Shown piece after piece: positions 1 to 15,119 of a stretch of DNA of 64,000 bases. The DNA comes from Trichoplax sp. H2 (taxonomy: Eukaryota). The stretch lies in the NCBI GenBank assembly GCA_003344405.1, contig NOWV01000030.1:1-64000 (forward strand), given 5' to 3'. The translations under genes and the position numbers were made by a program. Numbering within the stretch: position 1 is the first letter of the stretch; each line of letters opens with the position of its first letter. The notes beneath the pieces were generated by a model, which had not been told where the DNA came from, did not search any database, and was given only the letters and a program-made list of their open reading frames with translations.

Positions 1-1558
1 AGTACAATCATTACAGTATATCATAACTATCTTTATGGTTATTTCTTTCAGGTTATACTTACTGTACTATTTGAAATTTAATGAACAAATTACCGTTTAT
101 TTATAGAATCTACTATCTTACAGCAGCTACTTTGTTAATACCGATTAATTAATAATAGTAGGATTCACGCCAGCACAACGTTGAAATTTTATATCAGACT
201 TTTTCCCTATCTAAAAAATGGTAATAGTTTTAAGCTAGTGCCCATTAATCACTTCATTACAATAACATGAAACTGGATAATGCAATCACAATACTACGAT
301 TTAGGATAAAATTCCATACAAAGATTTCTTGCTTAGTAATGAAACCATAACTATTCGAATAGCATTCTTCCATATGGATAGTTAACTCTGGAAAACTTTT
401 AGACAGAATTATTTAAGGTAACACTGACTTGCAATTTAAATTCAATACTAAATAATAAACTAAAATAAAGTTTTAGATTTCTGGGAGGTTATCTAGACAG
501 GCAATCTACTGCTATCAGCTATGTCTATATTCATCACATACCTATGATACAATAGATTTAATTATGAACAAAAATTTGCTATAATAACAAGAAATAAGCT
601 ACGGTACATCAAACAAATATTAAGAATATGATAGTTGCTAACGATATCTCAGACTAGTGCCAAAGCACCGAGCCTAATAAGACCAAAGCTAGTAAATACT
701 AAGCATAGATAAAGAGACTGGTAGAATAGGCAATTTTATATCGTAAAGACTCTCAAATATCGGTCATTTATTAAATGATGTTCACGTTATCAATAGATAA
801 TACTATATATCCAATACTATAGCACTTGATCAATTTATAAGGATAAAATGGATCGATTAGATTCAGAAAAGATCTTCATGCTAAAGACTACTATGCCAAT
901 TGATGTAATATTTATAATACTTATGGATCAGATAGTAGAGATAATTAATAAAGAAGATATCCTACTAAGACATGTATTCTATGATGAGTTAGTCAATTTG
1001 ACGATAAAGATTAAAACTAAACAAATTTGCGCAATTTCGAATGATTGAATAGTGAAGATAGCCAAAGAAAATGATCCGATTCAGACAGTCTCCTAAGAAG
1101 CGAGACGGAACCTTAGACGAACAGTTCTCTTCCTCTGGCAAACTACTAAGCTGGATGATATTGTACAGTATTCAATGATACGTTCATAACTACATTACAG
1201 CAGCTGCTCTTCAAAATATCTGCTACACATCAAAATTTCAATTGAATACACTTAGTTCGTCTTAAAATTTTAACCATTTTGTATCCTACTGGTTATTGCT
1301 TCTATCCTTAATTGAATAAGTATAATATGAATAATGATACAGGTGTAATCGATTGCCTAGAATTTACCACCGGCTTGAAAAATAATAAAGCCAAGATACA
1401 GTTAATTCTGACGATAAAGCCAGGTGATAAATAAAGCTGCAGACATTATATAAAATCAACTTTCATTTTTATTTTGATAATTGTCTGATTACAAATAATT
1501 AAATGAAGATACGCATAATAGTAATTTTAAGTAATTATATTCGATCAAATAAGGTTAC

Positions 1559-2056
1559 CAGATACGTCAAGTAGTTCCGTTATATTTTTTTATTTAAAAC
1601 GAAATAGATTTAAACTATTCTTCGGGTAATAATAAAACCGTTGAAGAAAAGACTAATGTAGTATAACTTAAGGAACTGAATTCGATAAGAATTATCAAGT
1701 ACAGTAGTAAAAAAATTAACTTATTCTAGTCNNNNNNNNNNNNNNNNNNNNTATTTTTATCTCATTTCTACCATCCTATTATCAGCTACAAGCGCATTAA
1801 AACATAGCACATAACCTTATCTTATCTATTCATAAGCATTCATTAATTTACAGTTACTTAATTAGTAACGGCGTACCGTGACACAGATACGTCAAGTAGT
1901 TCCGTTATATTTTTTTATTTAAAACGAAATAGATTTAAACTATTCTTCAGGTAATAATAAAACCGTTGAAGAAAAGACTAATGTAGTATAACTTAAGGAA
2001 CTGAATTCGATAAGAATTATCGAGTACAGTAGTAAAAAAATTAACTTATTCTAGTC
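1559..2056. repeat. Near-identical ~173-bp direct duplication (1559-1731 and 1884-2056) flanking a 20-N assembly gap
   Basis: 'cagatacgtcaagtagttccg...ttaacttattctagtc' occurs twice with only a few substitutions. The first copy ends exactly at the N run (1732-1751). Confidence 0.9.
1732..1751. other. Assembly gap (20 N)
   Basis: Run of n characters. Confidence 1.
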
Positions 2057-3909
2057 TATATTGCATGATTAACCTTAGTAATTCGATTGTAAGATCTACG
2101 TAATAATCAATCCAAAAAATTACAGCTCATTTCCAGCCTCTACTAATCACCCCCATCGTATCAGAATGATTAGATGCTAAAAATAAAAGCTTACTCAACT
2201 ATTTTTTAACTGCACTATCAATACAATTTTCAAGACATAAGCCTGTTAGAAATTTTACTTTTAATTAAAGATAGAGTAGTAAAAGGCATTGATAATAATA
2301 ACATGTGTCGCATTATCTTATATCGTTAAAAGTCAATTTCAATGCATTTATTATTTATAATGTACCATTAATGAACCCACATATTCATTGATGTGTTATC
2401 AATAAGATATATTTACAAATATCTCTGCAATACACTCATATACTGAATGTTTTGGTCTGCAATAGCTATCGATATATATATGATATAACATAAGTAATAT
2501 ATATACAATCTCAAATATACCGGTACGAGATTGTATATATGTGTACACAATCTTATACCGGTATATTTATTGAGATCGTGCAACGCAAACGAAATTTCCT
2601 TTCTGATAGCCAATACGTTGATCATGAAAGCGAAAATAGAATTTGAAAAAAAAGTTTAGTTTTAGATAGATGATTACAACTTATCTGAATATGCCATTAG
2701 ACTAGAGTATCATTCGATGGTAAAAATCATTCAATGTATGCATACGGAAGAGTCTTAAGTAAACATGAATTAATGTTGGAGTAAAACCTGCTCTAAAATT
2801 AGCATCCATTCTTAGCTAAAATCAGACCTTGTACCATTCTTTGTCACCATTAATAAATTATCTGGTAATTTCGGTCCATTCTAATTTTTCTTAACCTTTC
2901 TAAAGCTAACATGATCGAAGAAATAACAATAAGATTGGTATATTAAAAATATTTGACTTCCACTATTACGAGTAATACAAAAGATTGTTAATACCCGTAT
3001 TTAATGTGCATATTCGTATTACTCATATTTGTATTAAATCACTCTTTCCATATATTGTATATATATAAATCGAATTCTGACCGTAACAATTAATTCCATA
3101 TTGAATCATATTTTCTTAGATTGCCTTTAGACGAGCATCGATTATGCTTAATACTAGGAAATTAATTTAACATTACATCCAGATAAAATAACTAAATAAA
3201 TGATCATCTCTTTGAATTGCTGTTTAGTTGATAAATTAGTCATTCCATCAGATATAGAATAGCATCCGCCTATTGTAGAACGACTAGCTATTAAAGGTCC
3301 CTTATAATCGTACCATTCTAAAGGATAACTAATCAACAAATTATAATTGATCAATTTATCCGATCAGAATGGTACCATAGCATATGCTTAAATAGAATAA
3401 GCCCCTTTAATACTTTGGTAAATCACGATGATAAATTTAACCTAAGTTCCTGATATATCTTATAATCAAACGTTCACTAGCGATTATCCAGTCAATCAAA
3501 AACAAAGAGTGCTACCAGTACAACTTCTCATTTACGCCACAATAAACCAATTTTTGCCGAGGTAGAAATCAGAAATTTAATTCAGGGATTACTTTAATGC
3601 TCATGACAACAATTTTTCATATAGCCTTCCCTAGACAAAAATCATGGATTCATTACCAATTACAGTCAAAATTAAATTGGGTTCCAACTTATTAATGACA
3701 CCGTAATAGACCAATCTTCATCTCAGCATAACATAAGCTACTAGCAGTTAATTTTTTATAAAATTGGAAAATGAATCCTGCCTGGCTTTTGATAGCTGTT
3801 GTTAACAATTTTTTATTCAAATTTCTCATTGTAACTTATAATCAAATGCGATCAATTTCAATCAATAGAACACAGGAGTTTAACTTGATAACAAATAAAT
3901 CCCAGCTTC

Positions 3910-4646
3910 AGCAATGATAATCGCAATCATCCTATTTTTGGCTTTATTACGTAAAATACCTTCATTTTAGTCGCAAAGTTAAAGCATTTTCTATTCATTT
4001 TGTACACATAAAAAATTTCCTATTCTTTTAATAACCAAGATCATCATACTTTATTTGCCTTGTAGCATAAAAACTGTCATTATAAAACTTGATAATTTGA
4101 TTCATGTAATGATGATGTCTTATCATTTTCTCTTCCACTTCGAATGTGATAAACTATCTATTCAAACCTTCCATACTTAAAATCGACTAAATTCTAGTTC
4201 TAATAATAATAATGGCAATCATTCTATTTTTGTATTACACAAATCATTGTCGTTTTTTCCGCATAATTAAGATTCTTTATTATTTCTTCTATTCACTTTG
4301 TATATACGAAAAATTCTAATTCTATTGACGACCACAAATACCATATTTATTGCCTTGTAACGTAAAACTATTATTACAGAATATCATGATTTTAGCCCAT
4401 GTTATTATTTCCTCTTTTCACCTCGAACCTGACAATTGTCTATTTTAAACTTTTCACGCTTAATACCGATTAAATCCTAGTTATATATATACGAAAAAAA
4501 TCTAAATTCTAGTAACGATCACGATGATCATATTTATTTACCTTGTAAGACAAAACCATTATTGCAAAATAAGGTTTTATCCATGTAATCGAGGTATTTC
4601 ATTATTTCATCTTTTCACTTCGAATCTGATAAATTGCCCATTCAAG
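3910..4646. repeat. Degenerate tandem repeat, ~200-290-bp unit, about 2.5-3 copies
   Basis: Recurring blocks 'tttattt(g/a)ccttgta...aaaac...attat', 'tt(c/t)cac(t/c)tcgaa...tga(t/c)aa' and 'taaat(t/c)ctagtt' at ~3990-4199, ~4286-4482 and ~4483-4646. Confidence 0.7.
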
Positions 4647-5547
4647 TCTCTCTATGATCAATAAAAGAGAGATAATGATTGAGTTAAGATATGATTTCAA
4701 TGGCTTATATCAACAGGATACGAGATATTAATATCATCCTCCTTAAACAATCGTTAAACTATTATTATGATAGACTAATTGAAATAGATAAATGGTGTTA
4801 TGCTAAGGTATTTCATGTGCGTATTCATTCTACCAAAGACAATCCATTTATGGAGAAATTGAAAGGAAGAAGTCGAGAAGAAATAGAAGTATCGACATTT
4901 TTTTCATCATAATCACCTCAGGAAGTCAATATTATCGCAGACAGTGTCAGGGTATTGCTATCAACTAAGAAAATGAAAAGTTAGACCTAATTGGTTTAAA
5001 AATATCGATCTTATGCGAGTATAATATCTATCAAGAAATTATCAATCTAAACTATGATATGTCTTTGAAATTACATTAATTAGCAAATCAAGGAGAAGAA
5101 AGCTACTACAATTTTGGCATGAGAATCAAATTGCTGATAGTATAAGGAGCATATCAGTGATGATAATAGATCGGAACTATAATTAAGATCAACGATCTAA
5201 TACATAACAATTATTATAGTAAAGGACAGACTCAATCTCCTTGTTTATTGTTAATTTTATTGCTTCTAATATATTATTTTACTTCTACAATAGTATTCCT
5301 TGTATCGGTAAGAATCCATTGACCGTTCTGAGTTGATCACATGAATAAGCGTGATCATCCAGTATGTATTTAAGTTAAATCCTGGGATCATATTAATGTA
5401 TGGCTCCATTAAGATAGAGAACAATTATCGGTACCTATTATTATCAGTTACATCTCTATCTTGTTGAATTTAACTGAAAATTAGATGAAGACTAAGGTAT
5501 CGTTGCCAAATCGATAGATTTCTTGTCATAGCTAGTAAAGATGATAA

Positions 5548-5570
5548 GATTGATTGATTGATTGATTGAT
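5548..5570. repeat. (GATT)n microsatellite
   Basis: gattgattgattgattgattgat. Confidence 0.85.
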
Positions 5571-8500
5571 CCAATCGATAAATATGCTAAGCTGTGATCG
5601 GCACGAATTATTATTATCACAACACTATATCAGCAGGAAGATATACTTGTAGGATAATCTAGGATGATCAATGCAAAAGAAAAAAGCATTCTTATCGTCT
5701 TTACATAAATGTTCAGAAATTTGCAGCAAGTGTGAACATGAAAGGAATGAGTTAATTGGTAATAAACCTTAAAAACGATCAAGAATGACAGCTAAAGAAA
5801 GAAGCTTAAAATCAGTTTTGTTGGCTATTCAATCTGATCGTCAAGATGATTGTGTTAATCATTTTGTCCAACGTGCTATTTAGTAAAACATAAGATGACA
5901 TCTTCAATAACAACAACATCATCAATAACAACATCAAAATCAAAGAATAGCACCTATTCAATGCAGCCTAGCTCAATCAATCAATGACGATCTTATTCTA
6001 TCACCAAAGATGAGCGATCATGGCTTATTTTGGGTTGATTACAAATTTATTACTCTATCTTCTCTAAGCAGTCATTGTCTCTTTATCGAATGTTATCATG
6101 TAAATGATTTTACGATTTCATTAAAATGAGCCAATTATTAGGCTACAAGAACTATGACTAAATTTCATTGCATTCTCCATGGTGGAATTTCTACATAACA
6201 TAGCACTTGTTCTTGCACACAATGTCGACTAATTCCAAGCCTGATAGTCTGTGCTTGTTGTTAGCCTAAAGTAAATAAATATCAATAAAGTATAAATAAA
6301 TAGCCCAAGATAGTAATTGTTATCTAATTTTGGAGATGTAAACCACAATTCTTCCCTTTTTTACTCCTGTATTGATTGCGATGACGACAATAGTAGGGGT
6401 GGTATTCTTTGAAACATGATCACAATATCAACATCAAAGCCTATCTTGTGATGTAAGCAATTCGATCATGACAATCCGAACAATTGCTTTATTTCACCAC
6501 TCTTACGTCAAGTTGAGATTCCAAGTTTACTTCCTTTGTCACCATGATCAACTTGATGCATCCAAATAATGGTTTTATTCCATTATTTCAATACACTTAT
6601 TAACCATCTAATTCAGTCAATAAAGCAAATGTAGACTCCAATTCAATAGACGATCTAATCTATTCTGGGCGATATGATTGAATAATACATCGATTGATAA
6701 ATTAATTTTTTATGTCTGTTACTTCAGTAGTCACGATTTCACCATGCGTATAGAAATTAAAATATAAAAATTAAATTCAAACCCGAAGAATAGATAGATT
6801 TAGCCCCACCCGAGTTTATTATTCATTTTACTATTCTTTAGTTAAAACATTTAATATTAACATTGTTTACTCTGCCACTCAATGTACAAACACATCAGTA
6901 TCGATGATTATGCCATTAATAACTGGCACTATACATCACCTTATTCACAATATTTGTCTATGTTATTTGCATTTTTGCCTGTGTCTTGCTTACTCTCTAT
7001 TTTATACACTCTGTCCTTCTCTTTCTTAAGTGTATTATATTTCCATACGCATTTTCTACTCCCTAAAATCTCAAGACATCAATCGATTTCAAGCATTGAT
7101 CAGCGTACGCCGTCAAGAATTACATTAGCACTTTAATGACGTGACAAAAAATTGTCTTTCCTCTCCAATTCTATTTCCTATATTCCGGTAAATTTTGATC
7201 CCTCGTCAAATTAGTTTTAGCATTTTTGATCTATTTCTGATTTTTCCTATTCTTCCCCTGATTTTGCCATCAATCGTAATTGTAATTATCTTTAAGAGCT
7301 AATTAAAATTTAATCTCCTACTGTCCATAGCTTTCAATTACATCTAACATTTTATTTACAAGGTATTTTTTTATCCTTCTTTTGCCATATTTACTAACAA
7401 TAAATCATTCTTTCTCCATTTTCACTCTCTTATTACATTTTAAGATTGATGTCTATTGTAAACGATCACTTATCCATCTTTTGGAAAAGAAGCTAGAGAA
7501 ATTTAATCGATTTTTGTTGCTTCCTTCACGTCAATATTTTGTATCTGGTCTATTTCCCTTCATTACAAATTCACCACAAGGAAGTGGATAATCAATTGCT
7601 ATATTTATTGTCATTGATTCTATCATCAATTCCCTTAACCACAACAAAGCTTAGCTACTGTTTGGTCATTCTATTAATTACCTTGGTACTTCTGTCGATA
7701 AACTCAGATTCGCAAGTAAAGTCATCATGGCTAAATTAATATTGGGCATTTTTGTACTTGTAGGTAAGTCGAAAGGCATTCTTGTTATCTTCTTCATTAA
7801 CTATTTCAAGCACATCGATAGGTGTTATGATAACTATGGGCGTCTTTAAATGTATGAAGAAATAATCTAAACCCATCATCATTTTTTTTTTTATAATATC
7901 TATTTTACTAATTTTCTTATTACTAATTCAATGTCGATCATCGTTCGACGAAAATCAATCTCATCATCTTGAAAGTATCATCATGTTGCGATTAAATTGA
8001 GTCCGTTTGTAGCAGGATAATATACTATATTTATTCATGAATTGAATCTGGTGATTAGTAAGCTGTTGTTAGGCACGGATCCATTTTAAGTTTGTTTTCC
8101 TAATTTCCTATGTACTCTCCATATCATAAGAAACGATTATCAAGAAAAAAGAAATTAGTTCTCAATGATTAATTGTTAGCCTCGCCTTACGGTCACCATT
8201 CTGTCAGTACTGTAAATTATTTCAATGTTATATTAGCAACACATGGCTATTCTATCCTTCATACTAGCTGACAAACCAGAGTGCCATGTTGATTAACAAA
8301 AACAACTTACACTTTACGCTTATTCTTACTCTATCACTATTTCGCATTGATAATCCATTTCATTTTCATCATCTCGATCGATACGGATCGAGTAATCATG
8401 GCATATCGATTTTAAGTACTATTTCATTTAATAAGGGCTGATTTACCCTGCAGATTTAATTTTGGGGAGATTTTACGGAGAATACTGCAATAGCAAAAAT

Positions 8501-11500
8501 TTTTCGCCATTCATAAACAGGAATACTGTCGAGATCTCCTTTCATGGTAGGACTAGATGGAATTTACTCCTAATTATGGGCATATACTACCTAAATCCCT
8601 TTGATTTCAATAGCTATAACCTACTACGTCCATTTGAGGTATATTCTACCTTTACCCTCCTTTTTCGATTTAAATCGATAGACTATCTAAAACTCTATCT
8701 ATAGATTGCTTTCATTACTTAACTTACTAGGTACAGAATAGTATCATGGTAAATGTCTTCTACTAGATTCAAATTAACTCAAACATGATTTAAGAGAATT
8801 AATCAATTATCTATAATTTTTTGCTTTCCTAAAAGAGAACTTTTCTTTGCTTTTAAATTATTCTAATTCGTTCCTTAAACTGTACGAAATTGAGCACCAG
8901 TAGTTAACTTAAGCACGTGTTTTGATAAAATGATAACGTAATGGGATGTTGCAATTTTAATTATTGCAATGGAATCGAGTTATAAATTCCAGGAATTTTC
9001 TTTGTAATTGTTTTGACATCTTGTTGTGTGCGTAGTACACCTTTCCAAATAGAACGATGAATCACTGAAAGGTCTATTTTAAACTTGAATGCTGGCGATT
9101 GCTGGTTAGCTAAGAATGTAACATAAGATAGAGTAAATTTCAAGTTGTAGTTAGCTTAAAATAAATGACGATAATTGAACATACCTTTAGAGATAGAATG
9201 GAAATGTATTATTCTAACCCTACTCGTAAGTTCAAATTACTGGTAACTTTTCGAATTCCTGTCACCCGATTGCAATGAAAAGAAAATGACGATGATATAA
9301 GCCCTTAAAGACCAACACTTTTTGATAACCAATCAATCAATACATCTGCCTAGAAATTAGGCAATTAATGTTAACTTAACTTTTACTTAATTAGTAGAAA
9401 ATTTACTCTCTATGGGAATCTTATGATTTCTTGGTTGAATAGGTTACAATATATTAATCAAATTTTATCATTTTTTAAATTCGCTTTCTGTCAATTCCCT
9501 GAATTTATAATTCTTAGCTAAGTATGATCTGTTTATTAAATCCCGATCATCAATCTTTCAAATATCATAAGCTTAAGATCAGCTTTCAATAATAACTCCA
9601 TCACAGAAGAACAATTTCGTTTTTGCAATTAATCAATACTTTATGTAGTAACGTCAAATTAAGCAATTTTTATTTCATTTTCTCATCACCATCAATCTGA
9701 AACTCTTAACTACCGTACCTATGTAATAAGGCATTTTTCTCATTCATCTATTCATCATAAAGTATTGCCATAGTAAAGATAGTCTCTTTTAACAATTTTA
9801 ATTATTTACAAAAATAACATGCCAATAGAAGCACCAGTCGTTAACGTTTATCTATCTTTTATACTTCCCTATTCTTACTACCTGGCTGGTGAGAATAAGA
9901 ATTTTTCTTTTATTTATGATATGAGATATTTCACACGAGAGACGAAACAAAAAGTAAACTAGATCCTTATTCATTTATCTACTCTGAATGGCAATATCAA
10001 TGAAATATGGACGATGTATTTATCGCACATTCTTAACTGCAGTCTAATTTATTGCCCTTAGCCCTTCCTCTACCTATTTCTTTTTATGCCAACTCAATAA
10101 ATGAGTATTTACTTGTTTTCTGCTTTATGACATTTATTGCCGGATACCCGAAATACTCGTACAGCTTGTTTAGGAAATAATTTCATCTTTATTTACCTGG
10201 TCCAATCTGTAAAACATTACGATAATTTATCTTTTAAAATTTTGGATTGACTGCAATCCAGTAACAATGTGGAATTCTTCTACTTTTTGCAGTTATTTAA
10301 ATTATCACAATCAATAATGGAATAAGAAAAGATTTTCTTTCTTATCTTAGTTCCCTTTCCTAAATGAATCCACAAATACAAAGATCATTTTACGTCTTAC
10401 TTTCACTGCTTCATACTAGCCTATTCCAATCAAGTATTAGTATTTAATTCTTTCATAAATTTGTCATATTAACTATCCAAATAGTCGGAACAAAGATTGA
10501 CAAGGAAAAGATGTTTTCTACGATTTCACTCACCCTTCAAATTAACTATACAACATTGCGACTATCGCTTTTTATTTTATTATTGAATTCCTGATTATTT
10601 CAAAAAGAAACCTTAGTTTCTTTAATATTAAATACTTGTCAGCCAAGTGTTAAATAGAAGCTACCTAGAAAAATAGTCTCGTCCTCTTTTTGTGGCATAG
10701 TTATCTTTCGTCTCTGTTCAGTGTCGTAATTTTATGCCGGCTTTTGATATTAAAAAAATTTCTGTCCTTTACCATAGTGTCTAACTAGGAATATCTCGAT
10801 TTTTCTTATTTTACTATGAATATATAAAATTAGCTGGCATTTTCCATAAACTAGTTGACTAACTTGATAACTCTGTATGCTATGGGTATTTTCTATTAAT
10901 CAAAAACCGAAAAAGTTGCAAGTTGCATATCACAACTTCTTGTCTTTATAATTATTAAGGATGAAGCAATTTAAATAATAAAGATTATTTATCTTCTTTA
11001 TTATCAACTAATCATTCAGAATATCCTAAACATTAATTTTTATACTCGTTACAACAAACTTTAAGACATTAAGGACTCGATTTCGGAAAAATTAACAATT
11101 CGTCTATACTCTAGCAATTATAAAATAATTCCTACTTTACATGGTCAATATTTTCAAATTATGCAAATTGACCTAGATATTAACTAGTGGAATCTACCAT
11201 TCTGTAATCATGATTCTAATAATCCATGCGCTATCGCAAATTTTAGAATAAATCGATCTCCTATTGCTCAATTTTTCACCTTTCTTAATTAAAAATGATA
11301 CTCGAAATCATCTTATCTCACTCGGTATAAAATAATTTGAGTCAAAGTAGAAATAAATTCCTACTGCTTATAATGATTGAAGAATATGAATTCTAAATTC
11401 CTTTCTTTTACTTACCTGATAAATTTATTTTAAGCGGCCTACTATAAAGCTAATATTTAAAATGTGATCGATCTGATCTAAAATGCTATACTAAATTATA

Positions 11501-11509
11501 CTTATTTAG

Positions 11510-14500
11510 GTCTTGTATATCTATCTTGCGGCCAACAATATGAATTTACAGGAAATTCAGTCATGCGTTTAGCTATTTTAAATAGACCATGGATTTCAGC
11601 TTACGGAAACTTCTTTAGTGCAGCTAAAAAGAATTTGAGCAGAGATATTGGAGAGAGCGTAAGTTAAAATACAGTAGATTAATAATACCTATAACAAGGC
11701 AAGGATAGGGTGTCTAGAGACAATAAAAATCTCGGTTAATATCCACGCTAAGATATCATTAATTTCTCATAATTATTTTTTATCCGTTAAGATTACCAAT
11801 ACTGTACTGCTATTAGTAAAACAATCAGAGACATTCAGTACTTATTACTATATCGCTTACTGAAAATTAGCAAGGATTAATTTATGGCTCATATAAAACT
11901 TAAATGAATTAATTCGTTTTTAGTTGACAACATTATTTCTTGGAGTTCCTGGAAATCATAAGGTTTCTACATGGGCGATCCGGTAAGTTGAGTCAATTTA
12001 CTGTATTCTTGCTATACAATTTATTCTCGAATGAAATGACCTCTATCTAGCTGATAATGCATTCAAAAAGAAAAATCTAAGCAATTTTAAGCATTCAGTA
12101 ATCGTCATTTACCGGTCTTTAGAGATAGACAGAATATAAAATATCACGGCATTATTGCCTTGCATATACATATAGCGCTACACTTTGTTTCTAATGAAAC
12201 CGTAATCCAATACGATATTGCCTACTACCAGTAGTGGATTATTTTCTCTCTGGTTAATTTTTACTATCAGTGCCGCATGAATAAATATGATAGGATAGAG
12301 ACAAAGAATCATTCAATCCAACCAACATATAATAAAATTTATCAATAGTATTTACGGCATAAACAAGAGAATATATACACAGATAAAGTGGTCATTACAA
12401 GTGATTACTACTAAACCTTGAAAGAAATAGAATTATAGATCAAATATCTTAACGATAGTATCAGTTCGATCATTTTTTTATTGAATTATCCTATTATAGA
12501 ACTATAGAATATTGCTATTTGGTTCAAACACCGACTGGAATGAATGAAACTTGCAGGTTAGAATCGAAATAAGCAAAAAAATATACTGATGTGTAACTTG
12601 AAATGTGTTGATTAGAATGTTACTATTAATTTAGAGGCACTCAATGATGTAGCTTATAATGAATTTTATCTTACTTCAAAACTAAAATTGATATTTTTAA
12701 ATTACATTAGTTCAAAATTAAGCGCAAGAGATGTATGGATCGATAGTTCTATTAAAATAAAATGTTAATTAAATCTGTATGAGTGAAATAAATTCTATTC
12801 TATTGCTAGATTACTTCCACGGCAAATTGCTGTTTTATCCTATAAAGGCAATACCAGTGAAGGATTTTCTAAACAGAAATTAGTGAATACATGGAATCGA
12901 GCCATAGAATATGGTAAAATAGGGCCATTCGAAGTCTATCGTAATGGATCTGAATTTGAGCTTAAAGTGGACGTAAGTAGCAATTTTATGGAAAAAAATT
13001 CTTGAAATTTGTCATTCGATAGGTACCGTATTTGAAAGAGTATGGTAAACAATATAAAGTTTTATTTTTTCGTAGCGATGATACTCGTAAATTGAATAAT
13101 TAAACCATTTGAAACTTGCGTTTATTCGAATAGTAGTAAACCATCTATCTCTAATGTCAATGTCAGGTCGATTAAATAATTATAGTCCATAAATTTCTTC
13201 GCAATATGCTTTAGAAACCGATTGGTTTTACCAGCCCATCACCAACTAACGCTTCCGGAAATATTACTCTTCCTACGGTCAGACCATTTCAAAGTGCCAT
13301 GAGAATTACATCTCAAGTTCTTGGAGGAATATCATTGGCCGGTTGTATTCTAACATTTATAACCTATATTATTTTTAGGTAGGTCTCATTTTACCTTTAT
13401 TGGATGCTAAAAAAATTTTTATCTGGAGGCATTTCGTCCTTTTGTTAGAGAAGCCCAGCCTAGTATGAAAATACAGTACTTTACCAATCACCCTAAACTA
13501 AACATGACAAGCCTGTTTAAAGTATCTAATATTTTTGCAATATTCTTAAAGCCTTTGAGAGTTAAATATCTGTAATAGTCTATTAGTACTTACTGCACAT
13601 AATCTTATTTACTACTAGCTACATTTAATCTATGTTAAACTTTGACTTTTATGCTATATGTATTTTGCAAGTACAATATAGACAATCGAAGCTAACTGAT
13701 AAACTTATCCGTTTTTCCAACCTTTAAATAGATCTATCCGTCAAAAAAGAGCAAACCAAATAATTTGTTTTATCTGCATCTCTATTGCTATTTATCAAGT
13801 ATTTAACTTTTTTGTCCAAACTTCAAATTCGAACGAACCACTTTGCAAAGCTATCGGAATCCTACTCCATTTTACCTTATTATCAGCTATAATGTGGATG
13901 ACAATATTAGCTTTCCACTTCTACTTTGACTTGATTCGCGTCTATTCTGAAGTAAATCAAATTTCTAACTTCAAATTTATGCTATTTAGTTGTTCAGCTG
14001 GATTTGGTAAGTGAATCAATGGAACCTAATGAAATCCATACCTTTGTGTTTATAGAAGCATTTAATGATGATAATAGTTGACTATACTTAGTAACCTTGT
14101 TGCGATCGCAGCTTGTTAGTCTATACTGCGACTTTCATAGAGTCTCTTATCAATTATAATTATTGATTGAAAACTATAATAACTGTTGGTTGAGCATAGG
14201 AGATCGGCTAGTTATGAATAAAATAATAATGTAGCGTATATATAGATTTACGAAAACGAATTTTCTTTTATAAAATTGCTTTTAAAAATTGACCACGGAC
14301 TAAAAACTGTGATACTATCCTCTATTTTCCTATAGGCATTCCTGGAACTTTGACCATGGTTGGAATAGCTCTTGATAGTAGTAACGCATCGGTAATTTAT
14401 CACACTGGTAGCTTGTAAGTCTCCTTAAGCTTAAATTAACTCTACAATATTCTAATTAACTTATATCGATCATGGAATTGAATAAACTCCATCCGAAAAT

Positions 14501-15119
14501 GTTTCGTCGATGATTTTTTAATATCTTGTTGCCATTTTCTTTGTACAGTTGTTGGCTTACAGATGGCACTTGGGAAACAACCTTATTTCTTATGCCTGTT
14601 CTTGTCCTGTCTGGTATTAATTTGATCATCTTTCTAATAATATTTCAATTAATTCGTCGATTATCACGAGAGCGCAATCAAGGCGTTACGTTTGCTCAAG
14701 TTATATCACTTATGGCGTTGGTTACAGCATTTGGTTTAGCATGGCTATTCTCGGCAGTTGAATTAGCTAGCGAAGGTGAAGCCAAAGATGTTTTCGGTGG
14801 AATATTTATCGTCCTATCACAATTACAAGGTACACTACTGTTTTTCCTGTATTGTGTTGCTAAGAAAGAAGTTCGAAACAAATACTTGGAATTATTCGGT
14901 TACGGAAAAATCTCTACCTCCGCATCTGAATTTTCTGGCAAGCACACGATTAAGACTAATATTGGATCTCAATCAGTTGCTCATACGTCGAAAATTACTG
15001 ATCATAGTGTCGCCTATAATAGTTACTTTGAGTCAAGTAAAGAAATTGACAACCCGGTACCAGCTCAACAAATTACTGCTGTACAAGACCTCGAAAGTCA
15101 AAATGCAGTCCAATTTTAA
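11510..15119 (+). CDS. Family-B (secretin/adhesion-type) 7TM receptor with SEA-like ectodomain; multi-exon, 5' exon(s) not located
   Basis: GT-AG exons in compatible phases: 11510-11658, 11924-11982, 12500-12556 (in-frame, optional), 12810-12972, 13215-13378, 13732-14006, 14336-14414, 14549-15119. TM1 'ITSQVLGGISLAGCILTFITYIIFR'; TM3 'CKAIGILLHFTLLSAIMWM' (family-B C..I..LLH...L....WM motif); ECL2 'CWL'; TM7 'LSQLQGTLLFFLYCVAKKEVR'. Ectodomain 'RLAILNRPWISAYGNFFSAAKKNLSRDIGESLTTLF...GKIGPFEV' is SEA-like. Confidence 0.85.

Noticed and set aside
1559..2056. Near-perfect 173-bp duplication as a possible LTR pair or real tandem duplication
   Set aside because: One copy abuts the N gap, so it is most likely an unmerged contig overlap or allelic haplotype.
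1..11400. Short ORFs of 60-84 aa in the first 11 kb
   Set aside because: No recognisable domains or splice chains; consistent with chance ORFs in AT-rich DNA, though decayed genes cannot be excluded.
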